A stretch of DNA of 64,000 nucleotides, taken from assembly GCF_025526975.1 (NCBI RefSeq), contig NW_026515671.1, forward strand, positions 806,001-870,000, given 5' to 3'. This document shows positions 46,401-58,327 of this stretch, piece by piece. The translations under genes were made by a program, and so were the position numbers. Numbering within the stretch: position 1 is the stretch's first letter; every line of letters begins with the position of its first letter. A model generated the notes under the pieces. It was not told where the DNA came from and did no database searches. It worked only from the letters and a program-made list of their open reading frames with translations. This DNA comes from Fimicolochytrium jonesii. Its lineage: Eukaryota.

Positions 46401-49163
46401 TCTGACTGCACTGCTCAATCCGCCACAGCCTTGATAGAGAGCAAAGGGCGACGCTTGAGTTGAATGCAACGTATGAGGAACGTCTTCAAGGAGTTAAGCA
46501 GGCACATCAGATGGAGAAGGTAAGCCTCATCTGACGGCTGCTTCCGTTGTTTTAAGTCTTATCAATGTCGTCCCCATATAGGCCGCCTTCGATCAGAAAT
46601 TGGCGGACGTCACGGCTGAACATGAGGTGATCGCCATGAAGTACCGCGCGGCTGAGGTAAGGCCAATGTTCAGTCTTGCTTCGCTTTATCACCACTCCTC
46701 CACGTCATGGCAATCTGACTTCCTGAAAAGTCTGTCAACCAGGAGCTGTTCGACATGAAGCCAAAGCAAGCAACGCTTGTCAAGCGGATTAAAGAGGTCG
46801 AATCGGAAATTATCGCAACGAAATTCGAACTTGAGGCGGCCAAGAAGGAAGTCGACACCTTGAAAGACGCTCGCAAGAAAGTAGACGAAAAACTGTATTT
46901 GCAGGATGCGGCCAGGAAAGAAGAGGAACGTCGCATGAAAGATCAACTCGAAGCTTTGGAGGTGGGCCAATGTTTACTTGAAAAGTGTCCATACAGCAAC
47001 TGACAAAGCGTGTTCGTAGCGCGCGCGTGATGAGGCTCGTGAGGAAAACTCATTGTTGCAAACGGAGTTGAGGCAAGCCAACAAGGAACTCGACGAATGG
47101 AAGTCGAAGGTCAGATTACCCTACATGAACTTCTATTGAAGGTTTTACTGACAGCTTTACAGAACTCTGCAGATCTTGGACAGCTGAAAAGTCAGTTTGA
47201 GGCCGCAGAGAAACGTAGAGAGGTGCGTCTGCTTCCTAAAGCCGGTCGTTACAGTCGCTTTCTTCTAATCCTTCCCAAGGCCGAGCGCTTGAACTTACAA
47301 GCGAAGATCAATAACATGCGCATTGAAAAGGTGCGGATCGCGGACCCTTAGTTATCGCAACACCGGCTTACATATATGCACAGGACTTGGCAACATCACT
47401 GCTTGACGCTGTACAAGCTGAGCGCAATGACCTCCAGTCTCAAATCGCTTTGAAGATATCTCAAAACGAGCGACTTCTCGTGGAACTAACAACACTTCAG
47501 AAGCAGGCTGCCAGGGTAGTCACTCACTGTCAAGAGAAGCGGATGGGGCAGAACGAGGAAGAAACTCTTATATCAAATATGGCTCTCGATGTGATCGACT
47601 ACAACGGAAAGGTTGGCGAGAAGTTGAAAGAGCCAAAGATCGTCACTCCTCCCGCTCAACCGGCGCGCAAGGCACCTCTGACAAGGTCCACCACGAAAGG
47701 CTTCGTCCGATTCCGATGCCCACTTAAAATCACCTCGTCGACCGTTTCAGAGACGACCAGTACATACACGACTGAACCCAAAGACCAAGAGCCAGTCGCT
47801 ATGGAGCGAGTTCCTGAAGAGCAAACTGCAGTCGATGTTCCCCAGCCCGCTACAGTATCGCTTGAACCCCCGCAGTTGTCGCCCCACCTTCCTACACCTA
47901 GCAAATCCTTGCGATCGCCCATTTCCACCTTCTCTCAAATTGAAGGGATGGATCTGCTCGGAGTTGATCCGCAGAACGATGAGGAAGACAGCCAAGCTTT
48001 TGACCAATTACTGGAAGTGAGTTGGCTAGAGGAAATTGTCTTCCCTGTTCCATCCGTGTTACTCATCACCTTCGCACCCGCAGGAGGTCGCACAGCAAAT
48101 GGAACCTACCCCTGCTGCACTGAAGAAGGGGTTCCATGTCGAAGCACGACCGAAAGATGTCTTTATGGATGTTGTCGATGAATCTCCCGCCCGCAACCTG
48201 TCAAAGAAGCGACGGCTTGTCAAGCGCGCTGACGTGGAGCATTCCAGCCCCGTTCAGGTCGGTGTTTGAGTGATACGTCATGTTTGTGAAATGAAGTTTG
48301 AATGCTCACACCGCTTGTCTTTGAGCAGAAACCGACAGCGAGCAAACGTAAATCCCGCCCTACGAGCGAGTCTCCAGAGACAGTCGAGGAGTCGCCGCTC
48401 CGTCAAAGCAAGCGTCCGAAGGTATGTAAACACATGCAGTCACAACTATTTTAGTGGTCTAACTCAGTTTCACGTTCAGACTGTGATTGAAGCTCCGGCG
48501 GCAAGGAGTCGGCTTCGTCGTGGAGCAACGCTGACTTTCGAACAGCCACAGAAGGCTGAAGGGGCACCCGAAGCCCGAAAATCTGCAAGACGCACTCCGA
48601 AGGCCGCCCGCACTCCTGGGGAGAGTACTGGACGAAAAGCAGTTGCAAAGTCTGAGATCAGTTCCGCCGCTCTGCAAAGTGAATACGCTGGGTCGCACAT
48701 GGAGGTACGAGCAGAGGCACCGGGCACATTGACCTCTTGGGTATGCTCCTAACCGCTTCCTTAAAGATTTCGCAAAGGCAGCCGACTCCGGAGTCCGCCA
48801 GACCCCAATCGTTGAAAAAGGCTCGGAAACTCGCACCGACAGGAACAAAATCATCCCCGCGCGACCACCATAGCCCGACGCACTCCGAGACATCTGTGAC
48901 CAAGACCACCACCATTCATACGGAACGAACAAAGAAGGTCTACATCACCGTGAGTGACATAAATGATAACGCCGAGGAATGTGATTGCAGTGACTTCCCA
49001 ACCTACCTTTTCCCAGGGCTCCGAGAAGAAAAGGCTTCAGCGAATGAACTCGGTGGGCGCCACCCGGTTGGCGAAGTCTTCTCGACGTCAGTTGCCTGCC
49101 ATTGATGCTTCGCATAGCTTGGCCGACGATGACGACGATATGTTTGGATGGCCTTCTGTGTGA
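43490..49163 (+). CDS. Large multi-exon coiled-coil protein with disordered head, long central rod and basic S/TP-rich tail
   Basis: Many GT-AG exons. Heptad-rich from about 44450 to 47510. The tail contains ESPAR, KKRR, ESPLRQSKRPK and RRTPKAARTP, and ends ADDDDDMFGWPSV*. Confidence 0.78.
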
Positions 49164-49744
49164 TGTGAACGGCGAAGGATTTGACATTTGCGGCTCACCT
49201 ATTGACGACACTTAGTTCGGTTCGGAACTGGCGAGACTGTGACTGTGATTTTTGCTCCCTTTCAGATAGTGATTTCCAATTAGAACCTTGGTGGATGTCA
49301 CCGTTGCATTTTGTATGTGTCCAGTTTTCTTATGTATGGTATTTTCTGTATACAATTGTGTTTCGAACCAGTACATCTATATGTAGTACGGCCATGCCAA
49401 AGAATACGGTTCAGAACGCGAACGCGTCAATTCGTGCATCTTCCCCCGCGCGCTGTGGCCGGCCTTTATGACTTTCCTCACGCTGAAGATGTTCCACTTT
49501 TGAACGTTCGTGCTGCAACCTACAGTACACCATATAAGTCTCACTGGCAGTGTCGCTTCCCAGTCCAGCTCTTGGCTTGGCTTCTCCAGAAAAGTACGCG
49601 ACACTCCACATCAGGTCCGGAAGCTTAGTCTCCGAAGCGGAACTCTCAGCTGTCTTTCGCGTCGGGAACTGGCATCGAAAACGAGGATTCCTCCGTCCCG
49701 TCAAAGCCTCCAACCAAAAGCTTCAGCGTACTAGCCCTCATAGG

Positions 49745-51032
49745 ATGAACACTGGGACCGAGCCGCTCTATACGGCGGAGCAGATCCGCATCCCGCCGGA
49801 TTTGCCTGATATACTCAAAAACTACACGAAACATATCATTCGCACGCAGCCCGGAAACATTATGAAGGAATCGTTCGAGTGAGTGTTCAGACTGCGATTT
49901 GACGGATGGGACGGGATGCATGATGGGACACTCGAAGGAAAAGCGGCGCTGGGAAAGTTACGCGGACGAAAGCCTAATGACATGTTGCAAATAGGTACTT
50001 TGGCCGCCTGGCGAGGCAGAAGACGGACACCAGCAACTTGAAACGTTTGAACAACATGCAGTTGGAGGCCATCTATAATAAGGTACGTGGGGCTTCCGGA
50101 GGGCCTTCAATGTTTCGCATATATGGTCCTCTCCTACGCGTCCTGATCGCACCCGAACAGTTTGATTCGCCTGATAAGGCCGTGGTATCGCGAGCAGAGT
50201 TGGATGAGGCATGTAATGCATTCAGCATCCCCGCCGCACAGATTAACGACATCGTAAGGTGAGCCTGGGTGTGGCTATCAATGCCGGGGGAGGGGGTGTA
50301 CGTGATGAATGTCAGTTGAAAGTTGGAGTCTCTACCAGATTGGGAGGCTGGACCGGCGACCGTATCCCTTGGACAAAGTGCTGGGCTCTCTTAGTAGCGT
50401 CTGCAGCTGGGGTAAGGATATTCTGTCAAAGTTTTTGTTGGGCAATGTGAGCTCATTAAGAGGCGCACATCCTCCAGAACCTCACTGCCACCATAGAGAC
50501 CGTCGCAAACATCCTCAGTGACAATGCTCGTGTACGAGTGGGGCCAGTGGTCGAGATCCTTCAGTATCTCGCAGAGCAGGATAGAACCGTGGACAAATCC
50601 CAAGTGGAACAGCTTATCCGGGGACTTATGGCCAACGCGTGAGTGACCAACGTTTGGTTGTATTCGCTCATGGTACAGCAGCCTATTGAATCCTCGTTGC
50701 ACCCAACGATTAGAACCGACGCCCCAGTGGCAGATGTCATCAAATTAGTGCGTCAGGAAATCAGGCCAAGTTCCGCTTCTCTACTGTCAAGCCCAGCCTC
50801 GGCTGCCGCCGCAGCTCCTCCCGCTGCGGCACCAGCACCGGCGCCAGTAGCATCGTCTGAACCGACTGCACTGACTGAGCCAATGGACATCGTTCCCGCG
50901 GAGGCACCATTCAACTCGGGGCCTGTGGAGCAGCTAGAGCCGGCGGGTGACGGCGCGGATGGGCAGGCCCCGTCGGGCGAAGACAACGCTATGGATGTGT
51001 CCGAGGACAAGGATACCGCTTTGGAGGAATAG
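49745..51032 (+). CDS. ROPN1L: Ropporin-1-like / radial spoke protein 11 (RIIa domain); multi-exon
   Basis: EPLYTAEQIRIPPDLPDILKNYTKHIIRTQP..E|YF is the ROPN1L/RSP11 RIIa signature, followed by IPWTKCWAL and an acidic tail. Confidence 0.88.
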
Positions 51033-51431
51033 AATATGCGAGGCGAAAGACGAAGAGGGGCGAGACCCGAAAAGGTTGAAGATTATATATTTCTGCGTTG
51101 TATCACTGTATACAAGTGTGCGAAGGGGAACAGACATTGATTTGTTTTGTGCTCAGTTTGAGCAAAGGGAGGGTAGGGTAGATCGAAATAAACGTGACGT
51201 AATGCTGATTACGCAACCAAGTTCTTTCACGGATATGCTTCGAATGCGAAAACGTTTTTCCAGACCACTGTTGTCCTGTTCAGTCTCGCCCTTCCATTCC
51301 CGACGGGCCGTGGGGAGCCCAGGATAAGCCCTCTGCCCCTCCTAGACCCACCCTCATGAATGTCGGATATTGACGTGTCCCGATCCCAATTGAGTGTCCC
51401 CAGGCTCATACGGAGGCCCGTGCTTGCCCCA

Positions 51432-52352
51432 TCACTCCCGCCGTAAGTTGTCTAAACGAGCTTGCAATGCCGCGTCGTCTGCCATCATCGCGTCTCCCTG
51501 CTCTTTGCCAGCCGAGTTGCCCATTTTCGATCGCGATGCTTCTGGGAGCTGTAAAACGTACGGTGTACGGTCGTATAAGTACCTGCCGACCTCACGTGAC
51601 TTTCGTGCTAATGGTATGCATCCACATACCGCTTGATCCACGGAAATCCCAATTTCGTCCAAAACCTGATTCACAATCTGGTCCGTTTCCTCCTCATCTC
51701 CTTCATCCTCCATCACATCGTCTATAGCATCGTTCATCATCTCCTCCTTCATGTCCATCGTTTCGCTCTCCTTTTCGAATTCCATCATGATGTTTTGTAT
51801 AGCTGGTAAATTGATTTGCTTGTTCATGGAGCGCATGGCTTTGGTTACGCCTTTCATCGCTTCGGCCATTTGTTGGTTTGAGCGGAGCGTCTGATTGATG
51901 GGGCCCGGGTTAGCACCGCGCAGTAACAATGATGTCGAACTGACTCTTCGTTCAGCTTGTTTGTTCGACTTACTTGAATCTTCAGCGACACTGCCTGCAG
52001 TTGGGTTCGCATTTGGTAAAATTTCTGAATGTACCGGCGAGTGCGAACAAGGTCTTTTGCCATGATCTTACACGCGTTCTAGGTAGGATTCGCAAAACGT
52101 TATTTTGGTCATTCAGAGTAAACACCTGTGTGTATTCCAGTCCCAACTTCTTTTTATGGTGCAGGAACTCCATCAACGTACCATTTGGTTAGCCTTCGCA
52201 GCCTTCTTGATATCCACGATAAGCTTCTTCTCCTGCTGTTCCAACTTAGCCCTCTCGCGGTCCAAATCCCGCTGGGCCCGCTGCAAAGCGCGCTGATGCT
52301 GCCGGAGCAACTCCTGCGGGGTCTTGCGCGACCCAAAGATGAATTCCATCAT
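51432..52352 (-). CDS. VPS2: ESCRT-III subunit Vps2/Did4 (CHMP2A)
   Basis: MEFIFGSRKTPQELLRQHQRAL, MAKDLVRTRRYIQKFYQMRTQLQAVSLKIQ, MAEAMKGVTKAMRSMNKQINLP and the MIM motif LQARLDNLRRE. Confidence 0.97.
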
Positions 52353-53322
52353 GGCGGCGGGTGGATGTAGTTCTGAATAACCTGCGTTTGCGCGTCAAAA
52401 TGGGGTTTCCGCCCGCAAGTTGGTGGGTAAGGGAGTCGGCAGAGAATCCGGAGTTGAGTACCGCAGATTTCGACACAGGACGGAGACCTGAGCACAGCTT
52501 TGGATTCGGTTGCGAGAGCGAGATGCTTTGATTGTGTTCTGGAGAGTGACCTTTCAGTCAGTCGATTGACGAACGACCTGACAACAACGAACAGCAACTT
52601 GGACAGAGAAATGCTTGGCGTTGCTTGTCGAGAAAGCAATCATGTCATCGCGGTGAGTCACCCAACTGGAGTCCACCGCGCACTGGGACAGCGGCTTCCT
52701 CTCGGCCGGCGGAGGTCGTCGGCGCCGTAGAGTACAGGACTGTACTTTCTCGGCCCTCGGGAGCATGAAAGCACCCGGTAACTCTAAATCTAACTTGTAT
52801 ACTTCGGTTGGGAGACGTGGATTCCATCGGACACATTTTTTTGTCAAGGGGATGGAAACGCTTCACTGGCATTGGCATCAAAAACTACATGCCCTCAGTG
52901 TACGTATGTATGTACATAGATACATATATGGTTTGCAACCTATAAGCTCTACCAGCCTGGTCCAACGAGGTCGGAACTCGGTGGGCTGTCCCATCGAGCA
53001 GCAAGCTCAATAATCACATGCGGCAGCATAGTGAAGCCACGGTCCTTTCTCCGAAGCCGTTGTTCCCCCACAAAAACATTTTTTCCTCAAATTGTTCAGC
53101 GGGTCCCAAGTTCCCAAGGTATGACTGTCAAACTTTGCTGAAAATAGTCTTTGTACTGTACCTTGAAGTTTGACCCCGTCTTCCGAGGGTGTGAACCGTC
53201 CGATCGTTCGCTCTCGTTTCCAAGACTCCAACCATGGCTCTCTTTGTCTGCCCTCGATTTTTCGAGGCCTCAAATCTCTGGCATGAAAGCCTAAACCTGG
53301 ACTGATGTAGGCCGCGTATACG

Positions 53323-53329
53323 TATAAAA
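53323..53329 (+). promoter_or_regulatory. TATA box (TATAAAA) of the small secreted protein gene
   Basis: Canonical motif about 90 bp upstream of the ATG at 53417. Confidence 0.6.
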
Positions 53330-53416
53330 GCCAAATGCTTCTTGAACCGTCTGCATTGTTCGAGTCCCCCGACACCCTTCATCTTGCCGCTCCAACGATT
53401 CTGAAATAGCGCCAGG

Positions 53417-54083
53417 ATGAAGTTTTCAGCCATCGCTGTGGTCACCGCCACCATCCTCGTCACTGCCGTAGCAGCTGAGAGCGAAGGTAAACCATCGATG
53501 CGTTGCCTTTCACAGCCCTAGCCACCCCACATCCATCGCTCATCCCCAATGTTATTTCCTGATGATCAACAGGTGACGGTTGCCCTCTTTACTCCTACGG
53601 CTGCAAGCACTTCAACGAAAAGGCGGGCTGCGGAAACGTCAAGTTCAACGAGAAAAAGGAGTGCCACATCGTTCACAACGAGAACCGCCGCGACCTCATC
53701 GGCGCCGCCTGGTGCCAGGTGCAGTGCGCCAAGACCAAGCCCACCTACGTCCGCGTCTACGAACCCGATTCGGAGGGATACCCGGCCATTTACACCCCGA
53801 TCTACGACATCACCACCATCTCCAAGAAGAAAAAGTGCTCGGCCTTCATCTCCGCGTGCCAGAAGGCCTGCCCGAACTACAAGACGAAGCTCGTCTCTGT
53901 GTGTGACGACAAACTTGCTCTTGCGCGTTGCTCCTGCGACAGTAAGTTCGACATTGCACTGTATGGGGCGCTCGTTTGCTCATGCTGAACTGTCCAATTC
54001 CAGTCGACAAAGATGCATACAAGTGGAGGCCCTTCCCGGCCGGCAAGTACCCCGAGGTCCCTGAAATCCACATCGACTACTAG
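53417..54083 (+). CDS. Small secreted cysteine-rich protein with 12 Cys (introns 53487-53572 and 53942-54003)
   Basis: Spliced MKFSAIAVVTATILVTAVAAESEGDGCPLYSYGCKHF..GCG..ECH..WCQVQC..KCSAFISACQKACP..VC..RCSCDIDKDAYKW..IDY*. Confidence 0.85.
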
Positions 54084-54607
54084 ATATAGGGTTCGCCCTG
54101 GTGTGACTTTAGTGTTGCGTGGTAGTTTGCTTCCGGATCGTCGTGCTTGCGCCTAGAAGCGATATTGAGAAACGTACACAAATTGCTTTCAGGGGGTTAC
54201 CAACGCATCTCTTCTCTCTCTTCGTTCATCTTCGGAAGATGCCTTTGTGGAGGAGGCTCATCCCCGGTGCGTCTGTGTGTGTAGGAGGCCCGTAAACATA
54301 AAATACTGTATAAACCACTTTCCTGCGTCTTCCGTGAAGGCTACGCGTTTCGGTGATGAGTAATGGAGCATCAAATGACAGCGGCCTCGCTCTCCGCTCC
54401 GCCCTTTCCGAATTCGGACTTTCCCCCACGTTCCATTGGCATTCCTCATCTCCATTGTGACAACGGCAACCTCGGTTTGCTTTGCAGCTTCACCTATTTT
54501 GCGCTTTTGTGGGCCTAGCTACGATATCACTTACAGAGCACGGCTGGAGCGGCTAAAGCTCTCGACCGTGCCGACTTTCTTTACGCTTCCAAGTTCTAGT
54601 TCTCTCT

Positions 54608-55996
54608 ATGAACGACCGAGCCAACGAGCATAAGCTACTTGGCAACAAGTTTTACGGTCAGGGGTTCTATGAGCAGGCTATAGAGGAATATGGCATTGCG
54701 ATCGTGAAAGCACCGGATGTGCCGACGTATTACACTAACCGAGCTCGATGCTTCCTGACGATGTCCAACCATCAGAGGGCTGCGCTAGACGCAGAAAAGG
54801 CTATTGAGTTGGATAGCAGATCAGGTTGGTGCTCCGCACTGTCAATCAACTCCTAGCTTCAACAGTTGACACTCACGATCTACAGTAAAAGGACATCTTC
54901 TGGTAAAGACATCGATGTCGCTGAGAAGATGTCAATGAACGTTGGCTCACCTTTGTCTTAAAAGCTAGGCGAAGCGCTTGCAATGAACGACAACCGAATT
55001 GACGGGGCTCTCCACTCGTTAAAAAAAGGTTTGCCAATTTGATTGGACCAGCTACACCTATACATATCCGGAGCTCACCGCTGAGGCATGTGTCAACCAC
55101 TTGGTGATTCAGCGTACAATCTGGCGATAGAGCAGAAAGTCACGTATACGGAAGAAATCGCACAGAAGATACTAAAAGCGAAAAAGCGGAGATGGGAGCT
55201 TCTGGACATCAAGCGGAGGAACGAGGAGTCCGACTTGCACAGATATTTGCATAGCCTAATAACTAGGGATCGGGATCGGTACTGTAGCTGTCGCTTAGGT
55301 CATTCGCAGATCATGGTCACGACATGGGGACTTACATTGGCGGGCTCGGTTACCCCAATAGGCAATTGACGCAGTTGGACAACGCTGGAGTCGCTCAGGA
55401 AGACAGAGATGTCGTCAAGGCGTCGTTTGTAGGTATCAATGCCGAGCCATTTTTTACGGTCGCAGAAAGGAAACCACTTACGTCCTTACTCGTAGGACGA
55501 AAGGCTGTCGCAAATGGCAGATTTGTTGACGAGAGCAAATGATCCTGGGCAGAGAAGGGAGGTGCCGGATCACTTTCTGGGGAAGGTAGATATCCTCAGA
55601 TCGTCACTTCCCTATATTCAGCTTGTGTTACTTCCACTCATGCTTCCTTCGGCAGATCTCATTCGAGGTGATGACCGATCCAGTCGTCTCTGTGTCTGGG
55701 ATCAGCTATGATCGAACGGAAATCTTAGCTCACATGAGGAAGATCGGGTACTGGGACCCGTTGAGCAGGCAGCCGATGAGGGAGTCTGATTTGCGACCCA
55801 ATTTGGCATTGCGAGGTTCGACGCGTAACATGTTTGCGACGACGTTGGCCTTGACCATATGCTAACCAACCAACCTTATCTACCAGAGATCATCGAGGAA
55901 TTCTTGAAAGAGTGAGTCCTCAGCGTACTAGGCGCTTCGCGATATGATGGAAACTGAACTATCCATTGCAGAAACGGATGGGCTGTGGATTACTAG
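54608..55996 (+). CDS. STUB1: CHIP/STUB1 TPR and U-box E3 ligase (multi-exon, with a 17-nt exon at 54886-54902)
   Basis: TPR region HKLLGNKFY..YYTNRARC..SVKGH, KAKKRRW, and U-box EVPDHFLGKISFEVMTDPV..SGISYDR..DPLSR..LRPNLALR..NGWAVDY*. Confidence 0.94.
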
Positions 55997-56603
55997 TGAT
56001 GCGGTTACATTCACGGCGGGTTCTCACTTTGGGCATCCCTGAGGGCGTCTTTTACATATCAAGTCACGAAAGGTGCCGAACATTAGGTAGCACAACTCCA
56101 TTTTTTGGTGCTTTCCGTGGCAGAAAGCTACGCAGTGGCATCGGGTTAGATTTTAGGTCTTTTATTGGCATATAATTGCAGTAAGAGTAGCGTGACGTTA
56201 CGGGGATTATCTTCTCTTCCGTAGCACAAATAGATGAAATGAATAGGTGGTTTTACATCCTTCATCGTTCGTCTTCTGTCGTCTTTGTGGAGCTCCCAAA
56301 AGTGTGAAGGAGGGGAAGGTGAACTTCGACGGCGCGTGGGAAGTTCGCGAAGCCCCTCCCATCAGACTTCAAGGTTGCCTCGACTTTGGTACTCCTGCAT
56401 TTTGCCTTAACAAGCAGCAACACACCCCGCTCAGCACATTACGAGCGCAGACCGATTACGAATACCTCGACCAACGCTGAGTTTATTCCTCTTCATCTTC
56501 CCCACGTTCTCGGTACGTTTGCCGGTGACAAGTGTTTTCGTCATTGGCCTGCAAGCGGATGGTTCTCACGCGTCGTTGCTTGCAGATACTTCTATAAACC
56601 AAG

Positions 56604-57972
56604 ATGAAGGCCCTCATTCTTGTTGGCGGTACGTGGCATCCGAGAGCTTCACCTCTCCTTAGCTTCCTGGACGGACGATGCGTGGACTGCGTGTACTGGG
56701 TGGAGCAATTCGAGCTGATGCGCTGTGCGCTTTTTCCCAGGGTTCGGCACGCGTTTGCGACCTCTGACTTTGACCCTCCCCAAGCCGCTTGTGGAGTTCG
56801 CCAACAGGCCCATGATTCTCCACCAGATTGAGGCTCTCGTCAAGGTGAGGCGTGTGGTTTCCGGGCAGGATGTGTAGTCATGCTTAGCGCGATAGGCGCG
56901 TGGGAAAGGGCGGTATTTCGACAACGTATTCTAACGATGTTTCGATGCAGGCCGGTGTGACGGATATCGTTTTGGCCGTCAACTACCGCCCGGAGGTCAT
57001 GGCGAGTTTCATGCAAAAGTACGAGGAGGAGTTCAAAGTCCGCATCACCTTCTCCATCGAAAACGAACCGCTGGGAACAGCCGGCCCCTTGGCTCTGGCC
57101 AAGGATGTCTTGGGGAAGGACAACGAGCCTTTCTTTGTGCTCAACTCGGACGTCATTTGCGATTTCCCCTTCCACGAGATGGCCGCTGCCCATAAAGCCC
57201 ACGGAGGCGAGGGTACCATCCTCGTCACCAAGGTCGAGGACCCATCCAAGTACGGTGTCGTGGTCAACAAACCCGACTCCACCGCCATCGAGCGGTTCGT
57301 GGAGAAGCCCACGATCTTTGTCTCGAACAAAATCAACGCGGGAATATACATATTCAACCCGTCCATCCTCAACCGCATCCAGCCCATCCCCACCAGTATT
57401 GAGAAGGAGATCTTCCCGGCTATGGCCGCAGCGTCCCAGCTGCACACGATGGACCTGCCCGGTTTCTGGATGGACGTCGGGCAGCCAAAGGACTACTTGA
57501 CAGGAACGGGCCTGTACCTCAAGTCGCTGCACAAATCCGCCAACGAGCGACTGGCGACCGGACCGCACATCAACGGGTTCGCGCTCATTGACAAGTCGGC
57601 CAAGATTGGCGAGAACTGCAAGATTGGGCCGCATGTCGTGATTGGCCCAGATTGCGTTATTGGCAATGGCGTGAGGCTATCAAAGTGCGCTATTCTCGAA
57701 GGTGCTGAGATTAAGGACCACGCGAATGTTACCAACACCATCGTGGGTTGGCACAGCACGGTCGGGCGTTGGGCTTGGTTAGAGGGCGTTACGGTCTTGG
57801 GAGATGATGTGCACGTTGCCGATGAGGTTGGTCCAGCGATTTCCCAGCTTTCACAAGGCTTGAGCATATCGACCTAACGCCGTTCTCCAAACAGGTGTTC
57901 ATCAACGGAGGATGCGTCCTTCCACACAAGACCGTCAGCAGCAATATTGCTGAGCCGTCGATCATTATGTAG
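56604..57972 (+). CDS. MPG1: Mannose-1-phosphate guanylyltransferase (GDP-mannose pyrophosphorylase)
   Basis: [63 protein letters not shown] and a left-handed beta-helix C-terminus. Confidence 0.98.
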
Positions 57973-58327
57973 AGAACCCTCAATAAAGAGAGACACTTCC
58001 TTCGAGTCATCCTATTTCCGCCGATAGGTTTGACCAATGCAGGGAAGTTAGAGCACAAGGTTGAGTGGCGTAGGCAATCTGAATATAAAGTTTGGACTGT
58101 CCTGACCCCTGGCGAATGGTGCTTGGTTTGGAGTTCCCTTCTCATTTGGCTAGGTGGCATTCACCGTAATGTCGGAAGTTCGAGCGATTCCAGGCAGAGT
58201 CCAAGACTTTGGATCCAAAGATTGAATGAGAAAGAATTGAACGATGAATATTTGCAAACTAGATACATATACAATCTATCTGAAAGAAACGAGTAAGAGA
58301 ATGAAAAACATGGGACCACGCATTAAA

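Noticed and set aside
56840..57634. 264-aa ORF antisense to MPG1, and similarly 11720..12409 antisense to cmk
   Set aside because: Antisense shadows of well-supported genes.
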